Source of the DNA: Phallusia mammillata
Taxonomy: Eukaryota
Reading direction: 5' to 3'
DNA length: 64,000 nucleotides
NCBI GenBank assembly: GCA_965637545.1
Contig: OZ281497.1
Location: 18,910,001 to 18,974,000 of the forward strand
The notes under the pieces were generated by a model. That model ran no database searches, had not been told where the DNA came from, and saw only the letters and a list, made by a program, of their open reading frames with translations. The translations under genes were made by a program, and so were the position numbers. Below, in pieces: positions 22,697 through 34,478 of the stretch (the first letter of the stretch is position 1; each line of letters begins with the position of its first letter).

Positions 22697-25600
22697 ATGG
22701 AGGAGCTTGAGTCAAATGAGCTTCTGGAATCAAATATGGCTCATTCCAGTACATCAGCAGCTGCTGATTCTGTAGTAAATATTCAATCACATCAGTGGTG
22801 CAACAACTGCAAACGAGTAAGTTTAAAACTTTCCATTTAAACCTATGTTTTTGGAGTTAGGTCTTGACATGAATTTGTCATGACCATGCACCCTTAACTA
22901 TTTTTATTCCGTATTGATTGTTTGGTAGGTGGCTGAGGTGAAATACAAACGAAGCATGGAAATGCTGAAAAAGAAAATTTTGTTTACTGAGTGAGTAAAA
23001 TACTAAAACAATTTGCAAGCTGCCGAGTGCCGAAACTGATTGTTGTTTTAAAAAAATATTTGTTCATATATTTCAGCAATTTGATTACAATGTTTACACA
23101 AATGAAATCTCAAAATGAAGAATTTCGGCAGCAAGTCTCATCCTTGGAACAAAAGTGCAAAGAGAAGGATGTTGAAAACAAACTCATTCAAAAGCAGATA
23201 AAGGTTTGTACTCCAGTCTGCAGAGTATGGCAGTTGCACCCGCGATTTTTTTAAAGAAAGTTTTGCACGCCATTTTTTGGGGTTGCAAGCGAAATTTTGG
23301 TACCAAAGGCATTCAATGGTCCTGCCTTGACCTATATTGCTTGCTTTGTGCCTGCTGAAATTGGTCTTGTCGGTCCTGCATGCCAAAGATCACGTTGGGA
23401 ACTGCCATTTTCTTCAGACTGGTCTATATTCATGATAACAAACATAACTTTACACTGTATTGGCTACATTTTTTTATTATGTGTCATGTAACTTTAAGGT
23501 TTTAATGTTTTTCTTGCAATGTTTTGCAGTCTTTGCTGTCGAATAAGCATCCAAGCGAATTGGAACAACAAAAAGATAAAGTTATTGAATTAGAAAAAGT
23601 GGTTGATAATCTTAATGACCAGATCAGAAGCATGGATGTAAGTGTAAAATATTATATGCTTATTCCAAACATGCCATTATAGGCTGTATATTAAATGTGC
23701 GCATTTCTTTTCTAATGGAGGCATACACCATTTTTTGCTTTTCGACATGGTTTTGTTACCACCTATTGGTCAAGAAAAATTGCCCACATTTTTTTAATCA
23801 GCACACATTTCATAGGTAACCTCACAGACTCTTGAATGCGAGCCTACAAAAACATATATATTCAACAAACACAATTTTAATTTTTTTATGTTGATAGCGA
23901 ATGCATTTTTTTGTGATTGGGGGTTGTTGACAAGGTTATAACCATATTGGTATTTTTGAGGCAGTGTATTAGGTGATTAAATTCAAGCTACATTTGTGTG
24001 GCAGTTACGTATCTCGGTATGTCCTTAAATTACACTTCTACAGGTACAAGTAGTTTCACTCAATTGTTGTATTATTAGCTTGCTGCTCCTCTTCCGCATA
24101 TAGAAGTTTTGTCCTATGTAGATATGTTTCGGTTTATTCTCAATTTTGTAAATCCATGTGTTTTCTGGTTTTGCTCATTGCTCCACACAATGCCAGTTTA
24201 ACAGAAACTATTACCTGGTTATATTGTGTTTTACTGGGATTTTATCTGGAACACCATGGTAGTTTATTCAACTAAGGCAATTTGTTTGTGTAAATACTTT
24301 TGACAAGTGTTTTTCCCTTCAATTTTGTCTTGTCAGTCAGTTTGTTGAAAGCATCACATTATATGTAAAATGGCCATTTTGTAAAATGTCTAATAGTGTG
24401 GTACGTTTTGAGAGCTTGCCTTTTATTTCTAGATGACTTGTAAAATGTATGAGGACAAAATCCAAGAAATGAGAGAAGCTGATGTGACCAGGGAGTCAGA
24501 AAGAAAGAACTACCACAACGAAAGAGAGCAGTATGCATAAACTATTATTACATGTGATATTGTATTGAAATTTACCCTTATAATTTTGTATATTTCAACA
24601 ACTGGTCTTTGTGAAAACTTTAACCTTTTGTTTGTGATCTTTAAAGGGTGTCCAAGGAAATTAAAGCCCTCAACAAAACCATAAAAAACCTTGAACGTGA
24701 AAACATGAGCCTGAAGAAAAAGAATGAGGTTGTTCGTGAGCGCCTTCGCCGTAGAAGATCAAGTAGAAGTAAGGAACTTTTTTAATGATGATAATAGGGA
24801 AACAATGTCTGCAAATTAAGTTCAGTAGCCAAAGAACTGGAATAGGTTCACCCTTTACATGTTTAAGCATCACATTTTGCACTAATGATCACAGCATTTT
24901 TTGTTATATTTAAGCCATGTACAATTTGATTCTCGTTCAGGTTCCCAAGCAACAGATTCTGAAGCGAACATGTCATTCCTCTCAGAAGATGCCACCAAGA
25001 CTGAGGGTGAAGAAGTAATTGATACTCAAAATTCCTCTTTCAAATCACCTCTTCCGGACAAAAAGAAACGGCTGCAGAAGAAGCACCGGAAATCTGATGC
25101 TTTTGAGCGGAGTGACGATGACCATGGTAAAGCTTTTGCAGCTACTGTTACTGTGTTATATCTTTTACTCATACTTAATTAAGCTTCTGTAAAATCCGAC
25201 ACGGTGCAGGGGTGGCCAAACTGCGGCTCTCGGGCCGCATGCAGCTCGTTGAGCCTTTGATTGCGGCTCTTTAATGTTGCACATGCATTTCCCCATCTTG
25301 CTGAGTTGTTTAACCTGATGATAAAACAATGTACTCTATCACGTATCAACAATAGACTGACTATTTGCAATAACCAATGTACATTCCGAAAACCGAAAAG
25401 AACATTATTGTACAGAAGTGTGCTAGCTTGTGCATTGTAGTCAAAAATATTGTCGGATTGAAGCTGTAAGTCAGGGCTGACATTAAACACATTTTACATT
25501 TGTATTGCGGCTTATCCTAGCAATAACTGCAAAGTTTAGCCATAAAATTGTCGTTTATAAATAATTAAATAAACAAAAGGAAAGATAAACAGGAAAATAT

Positions 25601-28600
25601 AGCTTTTAAAACAGAATAGGAGGAGGAGTTTGCATTTATTGATAATGGAAGTAAACCTGTGTGTCCTATTTGTCAAACTTCGCTTAATCATTGCAAAACC
25701 AGTAACTTGAAATGTCATTATGCATTTAAGCACAAAAACTTTCCCATCATATCAGCGTAATTCCAAACATCTTGCAGCCCAGGTGGAGACTCATGGTATC
25801 ACCACACAACAATAATCAATATTTGATAGCTTACACTTTATTGTCGGGGACTAAATTCGTTTTGTTTTTGTTGCGGCTCTTTTAAAACTTAGTTTTATGA
25901 TATGCGGCTCGGGTATGAAGCAGGCCTGGCCACCCCTGCTCTAGTGTATCAGGAAACCCAAACAATTATCAAATGTTATGCACATACACTGGCCTTAACT
26001 GTGGATGAAAAAACAATGTGAAATCAGGCATGATTAGGCTGGTTTATGGAATGTGAATAAAAATGTGTTTATACTTTTGTGCAGATGTTCCAGTCGCCCA
26101 TATAAGCAGGGCTGATTCTGTGGAGATAATCACCAATTCCAAGGATGAAACAGAACCGGTGGAAAATGAAGCAATAACAATTGTAATGCATAGTACCTTG
26201 AATAAGGATATTCCGATTTTCACTCTGATTGCCTTGTTTTTACAGCCTGAAAAGCTTGCTGCGCCAGTTCACATTGGGGAGTCTGATGTCAATCATAAAG
26301 CATTCAGTCCGACTGTGAAAGCAGAAAGACTTGTGTTGTCTTCTACAATGAAAGACCGCATGAAAGAAATGAAGGCAAAGGTAAAAAAACTATCAAAGAG
26401 GCTAGGCTTCTTTGTTAATGTTAGGCCATGTTTGCAGTCCAGAACATTGTTATGTAAGTGATGTTAATCCTTGAGCATGTTTTATAGTGATTGTACATGT
26501 TATTGCCTAGCTATCTTTATGCCTTGTTTTTTTGGAAAGTTTTATGATGCAATCATCATTTTCAGAGGGCATACCGGATTTTTGCACACCGACCCACAAA
26601 CAGCCAGCTTAAGGAAATGAAGTCGATTGTACAAAGGCTTGACAGTGATGCAGTATCGGCTGAAGATGAAATTAAATCATTTTGTGTTAAACACACCTTG
26701 GTTGGTCACGAAACTCATGTTGCCAAGAAAATTCTCAAACACATACAGGTTTGCTTGATTTAATTTTTACTAAATTTTGTTTTGCGGTGATATGTTTTAT
26801 CCAAATTTGGCAATGGGGCCATTTTAAGCTCTGGGTGCAAATTTTTGGAGTTTCTAAGTGTTTTGGTAAATTTAAATACATCGTAAACATAGCTGTTTTG
26901 TGGGAGTTTTAAACAAAAATTTGACGACATCAACCTTTATCTTTGTATGATTTTGACAAGACATTTCAACATTATTGACACCTTTTGGAGATCCCTAGAA
27001 TTGCTTAACGTATATCTTTACACAAACGTTTCTTGTATTTAAGGAACAAATAAACATGAAAGTGTCAGAGAAATTGCAACAAATCGTGGATAAAAAGGCA
27101 ATATCTTCTTCCAGTGAAACTGACGCTGAGAACAGCCTGGATCGTGAAATCCCAAAACATGATAATTTTGCCCATCCTGAAAATGCTCTTCAAAAAAACA
27201 CTGCCCCTGACAATTTACTTTTAACCAAACAAAGTTTGGAGCGGGCTATAGAGGACAATACAAATCAACAGCACAAAACCTCACAGGCAAATGTTACTGA
27301 AATACCCTGTAATGATAAAAATGAAGAAGCCCCAGAACAAACAGACACACAAAGTCAATCTCTGCATTTAAACAGCAAAGCTGAAGATATTTTGAAGACA
27401 ACTTTGTTGACACAGGAAATTAAAGAAGTTGATATAATGGAAAAATCCTCCGGAATGTTTTCATCAGATGATGAAAATATTTGTGAAAAGTCACCCCCCA
27501 GGGACACTATGGCACCAAAATTACCCCAGAAAAACTCGCCTTCAAAAGTCGATGCCCCAAGAAGAGCAAGGACACGGTCTATAAGCAAATCATTAAGTGA
27601 AGGATCAGACAGCAGTTTTTCTCTTGACAAGTTTATGTTCAATCCTTTGGAAGTGCTTTCACCTTTTCGAGATGAGCCAATTGGATTGTCAAGCCCAAAT
27701 AGGAAGAGTGATGATGCAAAAGTTCAAGCTAAAAAGAAAACAGACTTACCCAAAAAATTAGCAAAGAAAAGAGCGAAATCCAGTAGCAAAGCTGATGCAC
27801 CAATGATGAAGGAAACTGCTGCTGGTTCATTAGTCCAAAGTTCCATTGACTCTGAAATAAGTATAAAGAGTAAAAAACATGTCAATGACCATCAGTTAGA
27901 AATTGATGATCATAATCTCAAACATTTCTCAAATGAGCAAAGTAAACTTTTACCTGGACAAGACAAACCAAAAAAGGAAAAGAAAAAACAAGATAAGGAT
28001 GTGCAGCAAAACAACACTGGAAATGATCAGGTTCAAATAAAGCCTCGACTTCAAAAAAGGACAAAGCGCAAAATAGAGTCACCCATAGATAATTCGATAA
28101 AGAAAAAGCAAATAAAGCTGGACAAACATTTTGCAATCATCAAATCAAACAACAACAACATAGACACAACCACCCTAGATTCACCAGCAGTTGATCCTAA
28201 AGACACACCAGCAACAAAACTTCAAAAGCAAGTTACCAAGAAGCCTTTAGTCAAATTGCATCCAACCTTAAGATCAATGCAATCACTCCCTTTCAAAGTT
28301 GGTTCCGAAAGCCCGTTAACTGTGTCACCAAAACCTACTGATTTCAACTTTCTGCCAGTGGTGGATAACCAGGGCATGGACTCTGGCAGTGAGAGTGATG
28401 AAAGCATTTCTGTATTGGATAGTTCTTTGACTGCCAACCAAATTGATCAAATATTAACTGATATCACTGGCATCACTAAAATAATGGCGATGCCCCTGTC
28501 ACCATTGCAAGATGACACACCAAGTTCCTCCATGATCACAGCCCCAAGTCATGTCTCGAGTCCTATTCAAGTAAGTGATGTGGATGAAGATATGGAAGAC

Positions 28601-31600
28601 GACAATCGACCTTCAATCTCACCCAGTGCCAACTTATGCACAGCTATAAGTTTTAATAAGGAGCATAAGGCTTTGCTCAACAAATCACCTGTTCTTGTTA
28701 CACCTAAAAAGAAGAAGTCTATCTCACAGCACATAGCAAGCTTACGAGATACACCAAGGCGCTTTAGTTGTGAAGCTCCAATTCGTGCTCTACCTGTACC
28801 TACAGTAAAACCAGTTGCCAAGACCAAGTCATGTGATCCTTCATTGCTTATGGGGACAGAAAAGGACTCTGTCAGCTTGGTTGTAAAGGAGAATGAGCCA
28901 AGCACATCATCTGTCCAAGAAGCAAAAGATAACACTCAGACATTGTCTCATGTTTCATCTGGACCCTTCAAGGTAGTGCCACAAACTAATGTGCTGGAAT
29001 CTCAAGATTGTAACAGAAGTAAGAAGACCCTGGAAGAAATCACACCAGGCACTTCTGCTACCACAATAACTGAAAGCATAAAGTCCAATCATCAACACAG
29101 TGATGCAGAACTCAAGAAAATACAAACGGTAACCTGCACACCAAAAAGATTTGTCTTTGAACCTTTGATAGTTCATTTATCTTCGACTAAAAAAATATCA
29201 CAGGAAATTTTAAATAAAACCACCCAAGAGAAAAAAACCAATGATGATGACAAGTTGTCTGTTGCTGAAGTTCTGGACAAAATTGAAAAAGCAGAAAAAC
29301 AACCCACAACTAAAAAATCTGGACGAAAACGAGGAATTGGTAGCAACACTATGGGAAGAATTCCGGAAATATCCAACTATTTTGGCAATTACTTTGACAT
29401 GAAGCATTTGGACACTTTTGATTCTTTGCTAAATTCCATCCAGGAAGTTGGAATAGCTGATGAAACATCCGGATATTTCCCTCCTGTCATTCCCAACAAG
29501 GTGTGGCTTTGATTTTGATTTTTTTTAGTAAATGTGGTAAATTATAATAACATTAAAATTATGTTAGAAATTTGGTCCTTTTACGTGTGGATACCAATTA
29601 TTTTCTAAGATGTCTGTGCTTATCAATAGCATACTTGCATGGCAAATCCTTGTAAGTCGGGTTTATAAGAGGCAGACTACTGATTTGGATTGGGTCCTTT
29701 AAAACTTTTTTTTCAGAACATAGAGTTATTTTTTTGTTTTTACCAACATAGAAGCTTTTCACTTATAACCACCCTTTTTTACTAATGGCAACAGCAGCAG
29801 TTGTGTGAAAGTTTGCAGTAAATTGCATTTACAATTAACAAGCTTCTTAACGATTTTGTTTTTTGTTTTGTTTGAATTTTTAAACACTTGCTATTTTAGG
29901 TCATATCATGGATCAGACAGGTTCTGACTCATACTAGAGGTCACAATACAAGTGAAACTGTAGAAAAACTTTTGCAATCTGGATTTCAACCTCAAGATCC
30001 TGAACTAGATGAAATTCTTCAGGCCAACGAGTTGATATTTGTCAAACTGTTGGCCACAGTTGATAAAGTTCGATCAAAAACTGACCCGGGGTTATTGAAA
30101 ACCACTGTAATTCCGACAATACTAAAAACACTTTGCAGGTTTGTCTTTCTTTACTAACACAGTAAAATTTGTGTGTAGTAGCTGGTTTTTATTTAGAAAC
30201 GTTTCTATGGATGTTAAATACAGTTTTGTGGAATGTGGAATGATTAAGAAACCTGCTTGATTTATTGTCTCACCATTAAAAAACCAAGCAAGCTACGATT
30301 TTTATTTAAGTGTGCTTAACGCTGTAGCAAAGCCAAGTAATGAATAAATGATCACATTAAGTTTGTACATGGTAAAATCTTAAACCATTCACATTGTGAG
30401 TTTTTGGACCACCTAAAAAAGAAGTTAAACACTCTCAGATATGGACATGGAATCGGTTCAATGCAAGAAACAGTTGAGGAAAGTTCAAGCTTCTTCATGA
30501 TGTCGTCCATATTTCAAGGTGGCAGTTTCACACACTATGATACAGCATCACTAACACGCATCTTCACTGCTTTGTGTCGGTACTGTGGTGATGCCAGAGC
30601 AATGATGGACTTGTGCAAGTGGGCATGCACCAACAAATACAAGGATGCATGTGCTTTGGTGATCTTGGACATGGTTCCTTGCTGGCCTTCAGCTTTCACA
30701 CATTGCTACCCCCTGACTGGGAGAATATGTAAGTCATTGTGAAAGAATCATGATCATCCAGTTCAGCCTCTCTAAACTTATCAGCCTAGCTTAAAAGTTC
30801 GTAGTTAAAACCTATATGCTAAGTCAAGCATTCCAAATAATTATTGACGACAAACAAAAAGTGGTTTTTCAAGGCAGTGTTTTTATTTGTAATAAGAAAA
30901 CAGTATAGCAGGGTGGCCCAAATAGCTGTGTCGAAAGTCCTGATACAAAATAGTACAAATTACTGGGGTGTGAACAGTCCTGTCAGAATCAGAAATGCAA
31001 CTAAACCAAATTTACTGTTTGCGAAAGTGTTGGTTTAATACAAAATATACAAGAATGAAGCAATGATAAAAATTTTTGGCAAATTTCTTCATGCAAATGC
31101 AACTTCTGAAAAGTCTAATTTTAAAATAGTAAAGATTTGTATAAGAATTGTTGTTTTGTTCAAATGTGTCATTTCTAAATTACTTTTAAGCTGGTTTAGT
31201 CACCATGCATACTGATCAAACACAATAATTACATTTTTCAAGCTGTTCCTACAAAATAGCAAAGCGATCTCATAATGGGATTTTTACTTTGCAGTGATGC
31301 AGATGTCGAACATGAAACTCAGATCTCGAACAAAGCTCAACAACCCCGTAAGTTGTTTTTGTAGGAGGTTTTTAAAATGTGAGGATAAAAAATCCCAATA
31401 AAAATTCAGTGTTGACTAGGTTGTTGTAAAAATATTTTTTGGGTTGATTTCACCCCAAACAAATTTTAACATAAATTTTGTAGAAATGAAAAAAAAACTG
31501 CATATAATTCTTCATGCAAAAAAATGGTGGTTTAAATCCAAACTGTTTGGTGTGTTGACTTTCAAACAAGCATTGTAATTGTTTAGGAGCCATTGGATGT

Positions 31601-33315
31601 GTATTTTATAAAAGTCCTATTCCCCCAAAAGAAAATTTGATGCTAGTTGTTTGTGTCTGTTTGATTTTTCATGGTTTCAGATAAAACTTACAGTTGGAAG
31701 GTGTAGCAATTGAGTTGTTAAAAATATATTGTCCAATTGCCATGTGTGGCCTTGAACAAAATAATTTTGCTGCTCCAGCTAAACTTGCCATTACAGGTGA
31801 AAAGATCAACATTATTCCTCCAATGCTGACAGTTAACTACTTTGTTTTCTCCAGTTGCAAAACCTAGCAAAGATCTGTAAATGGGAAATCGAACCAAATA
31901 TGTTTACCTGGCGTCCAAAAAAAATTCCACCAGTAAAATGGACTTCATTTGCCATGATGCGATGCCTTAAAAGATTGCGAGAGGCTGAAATGGTTCAAAG
32001 CTCGGACGATACAGATTCCGTGCTAAGACTAGCTGTGGAAGATCATGATGATGTTTTCAACTGTTTAGAAATGTACTGTTTTATGGAAGGCATGAACATT
32101 GTAGCTGGTGAGGTGGGTGTACTGATTGAGGATTTGGGATTCTATAGGCTTTATAATGCAAAAATTAAGATCTAAAAACAGTTTTGCTATTAAAGTCACA
32201 CAGCCCTGTTATTAAACATCTTATGTCATTCGCACCTTTTCATGTTATTTCTGTTTGTTTGTATAGCTAATTGACAAGGAGTTTTGGGCTTTACTGAACG
32301 AATGGTCTACGTACATTACCTTATCACGCAAAATCAAGGTCAAAGACAAAAAAGGTCAGTACTAGTGATGCATTTCTTGAATTTACAGCTGAATATCTCC
32401 CAATTAATGCCTGATATAGTTTCAGATGGGTGTGTAGTTGCTGTGTTAAAAGCACTTAGCACATGCCTTTTGGCTTTGCTTGCCAAACAGAAAAGAAACC
32501 ACCCTACACAGGATATCCACATTCAGGCCATCAACTATTTTGATACTATCTGTTCTATGGTGCAGTGCTTCACAAAGAATCCAACAGGTATGTGAAAACT
32601 TTTGTTCCACAAAAAGAACAATAAAAATCAAATGTAAAAATATTTGTTGTTTTTAGCCATAAGTTAGTTTCAACTCATGAAGTTAAATTTAAACATCGGT
32701 GAAAACCTAGTAATGCAATAAATACAAATTGTTATTTCTATAAAGGCAAAAAATTAGAATAATAAAAGCAATATTTGAATATTATAACAGTTGATTCAGA
32801 CTTGTTTTCTGGCCAATTACTTTTATGATTTTTGTATTGTTTTCTTAGTTTTTGCAACTATTTTATAAAGTTGTGAAAAAAATGTATTACTCCCAGTTTT
32901 AAATAACACAGTAATACAAACACAAAAATTGTAAAAAATAAACAATATCTATGTAGTGAAAGTGGTCTTTTGAATACAATCCAAATTTTTGCACTTGTTT
33001 TCAGCTCCTATCGTTGTTCAGTGTGCAGCTGTAGCAACAGTGCTCAACTTAGCCCCGTGCAAGCCAGATGTGGCTCATTCCACTGTTCAATCATGGTTGA
33101 TCGCAACATCCGACATTGAACAAAGAACAGCTGAAGCAAAGACTTGCAAGGCCACAGCAAAGACTGACAAAGCCGTACACAAACATGAGAAACAAATCTC
33201 TGCTCTACTTTGTGGTAACAATCTGAGGAAATCAGTTTCATGGATAGAGAAGCAAAACAAAAAACGAAACGAATATCGGTCTGGAAAGAGCATCACCCTA
33301 CTCCTGTGGGGATAA
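22697..33315 (+). CDS. ICE1: Little elongation complex subunit 1 (ICE1/KIAA0947)-like, multi-exon
   Basis: N-terminus WCNNCKR|VAEVKYKRSMEMLKKKILFTD|NLITMF followed by coiled coil resembles human ICE1 CQGCASL...LITLKQKIINTDNLLTEY as recalled. A ~2.45-kb low-complexity exon (~27045-29500) follows, then helical C-terminal exons. The last exon APIVVQCAAVATVLNLAPCKP resembles human VPWGVQLAAVYALCDLSPSNP. Stop 33313-33315. Confidence 0.8.
25207..25938 (+). mobile_element. hAT (Charlie/Buster-like) internal-deletion derivative with transposase remnants, in ICE1 intron
   Basis: TIR CAGGGGTGGCCA / TGGCCACCCCTG and GCGGCTC/GGCCGC subterminal motifs. Internal ~25575-25740 translates ENIAFKTE*EEEFAFIDNGSKPVCPICQTSLNHCKTSNLKCHYAFKH (BED-finger-like). 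Flanks ACACGGTG and CTCTAGTG do not match as a TSD. Confidence 0.85.
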
Positions 33316-34478
33316 ACATCCATAAAAGTTTCATTTTCAGTCCTTGTTGACTTGCCGATTTCGAAGAGTTTTTTGTGGATCGTATTCGTTGACTGCACCT
33401 TCATTTATTTTTTACTTTGCCTTTTGGTTCTGTGCACTGTGAGATTAGTCAAGTTCGGCGCAACGCACTGCCCGTTGTGCGCTAATACGTTTCCCAATTA
33501 AATTCTTTCGAAATTCTGGTCTTGGTAAATATAAGTAGGAGCAGGTTGTATGGCGGTATACAAGTTATTATTAGTCACTGTATGTTTACCGGAGCCAAAT
33601 GTTTAAACTATAAATCAGATTTTTTTTGAGGTAATGTCGTTCTGACAAATTGAAAATCCTGAATTTAAGTGTGTAATGCCATTTACGATCTTGTAAATTA
33701 AATCACATTTTTAATATGATATAGAGAAAAAAGATACATCGTTATTGCTAGGTTTTTTTAATTTTAGTACTGCAAGGTGATTGATTTGCTTTTCCTATTT
33801 CAAAACAGACTCACAAATCGTAACACTATACAGGCCTACGATTAAAGTCGTGTCTTTGATCTAAGTCAATAACACTGTCTGTTTAAACTTTACGATCAAC
33901 TGTTGCTAAATTACTGCATGATTTATAATCTCATTTGGTTCACTCCAGACTTTTTTCTTCAACATAACGACTCGCGTTACCAACGACTTAAAAAAATGAA
34001 ACAAAAAAGATCTGAGTATGCCTAGGGGTGGTCGTAGACTTGAGAATAAGAAATACTAGTCTAGGCTCGTCAGTTGCGTTACGTAAGAACCGCGGTCAGA
34101 ATGAATGACATAACAGCTGCTTATTCTTACACGCTAAGTTACCACACATGGATATTCGTGTCATCTCTTGAAATAATACACAATATCAACATCTGTAAAA
34201 GTGTAGAAGAACGCATGAAAACCACGGCGAGCTTATACAAGCACCTACCTTCAAACAGGTTGTCACGGAAAACATACCAACGAAGGGCAGAACCAAACAA
34301 ATTCATTGCGAATAGATTTTTACAGCAAAACGTTGCAGGGGACACAGAGTGTTTAAGAACATGATTGTTCAAAATGTGTTTCTGACACTCAGAAAAACAC
34401 AAATTAAAAGAATGTAAAACTCGGCAATGGGGAATTAAATATTGCATGTAAACCAATGTCACTTCGCCGCAAGAAAAT

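Noticed and set aside
33870-33881. 12-nt match to miR-141/200a (TAACACTGTCTG)
   Set aside because: The 3' half diverges and no complementary star arm is present nearby.
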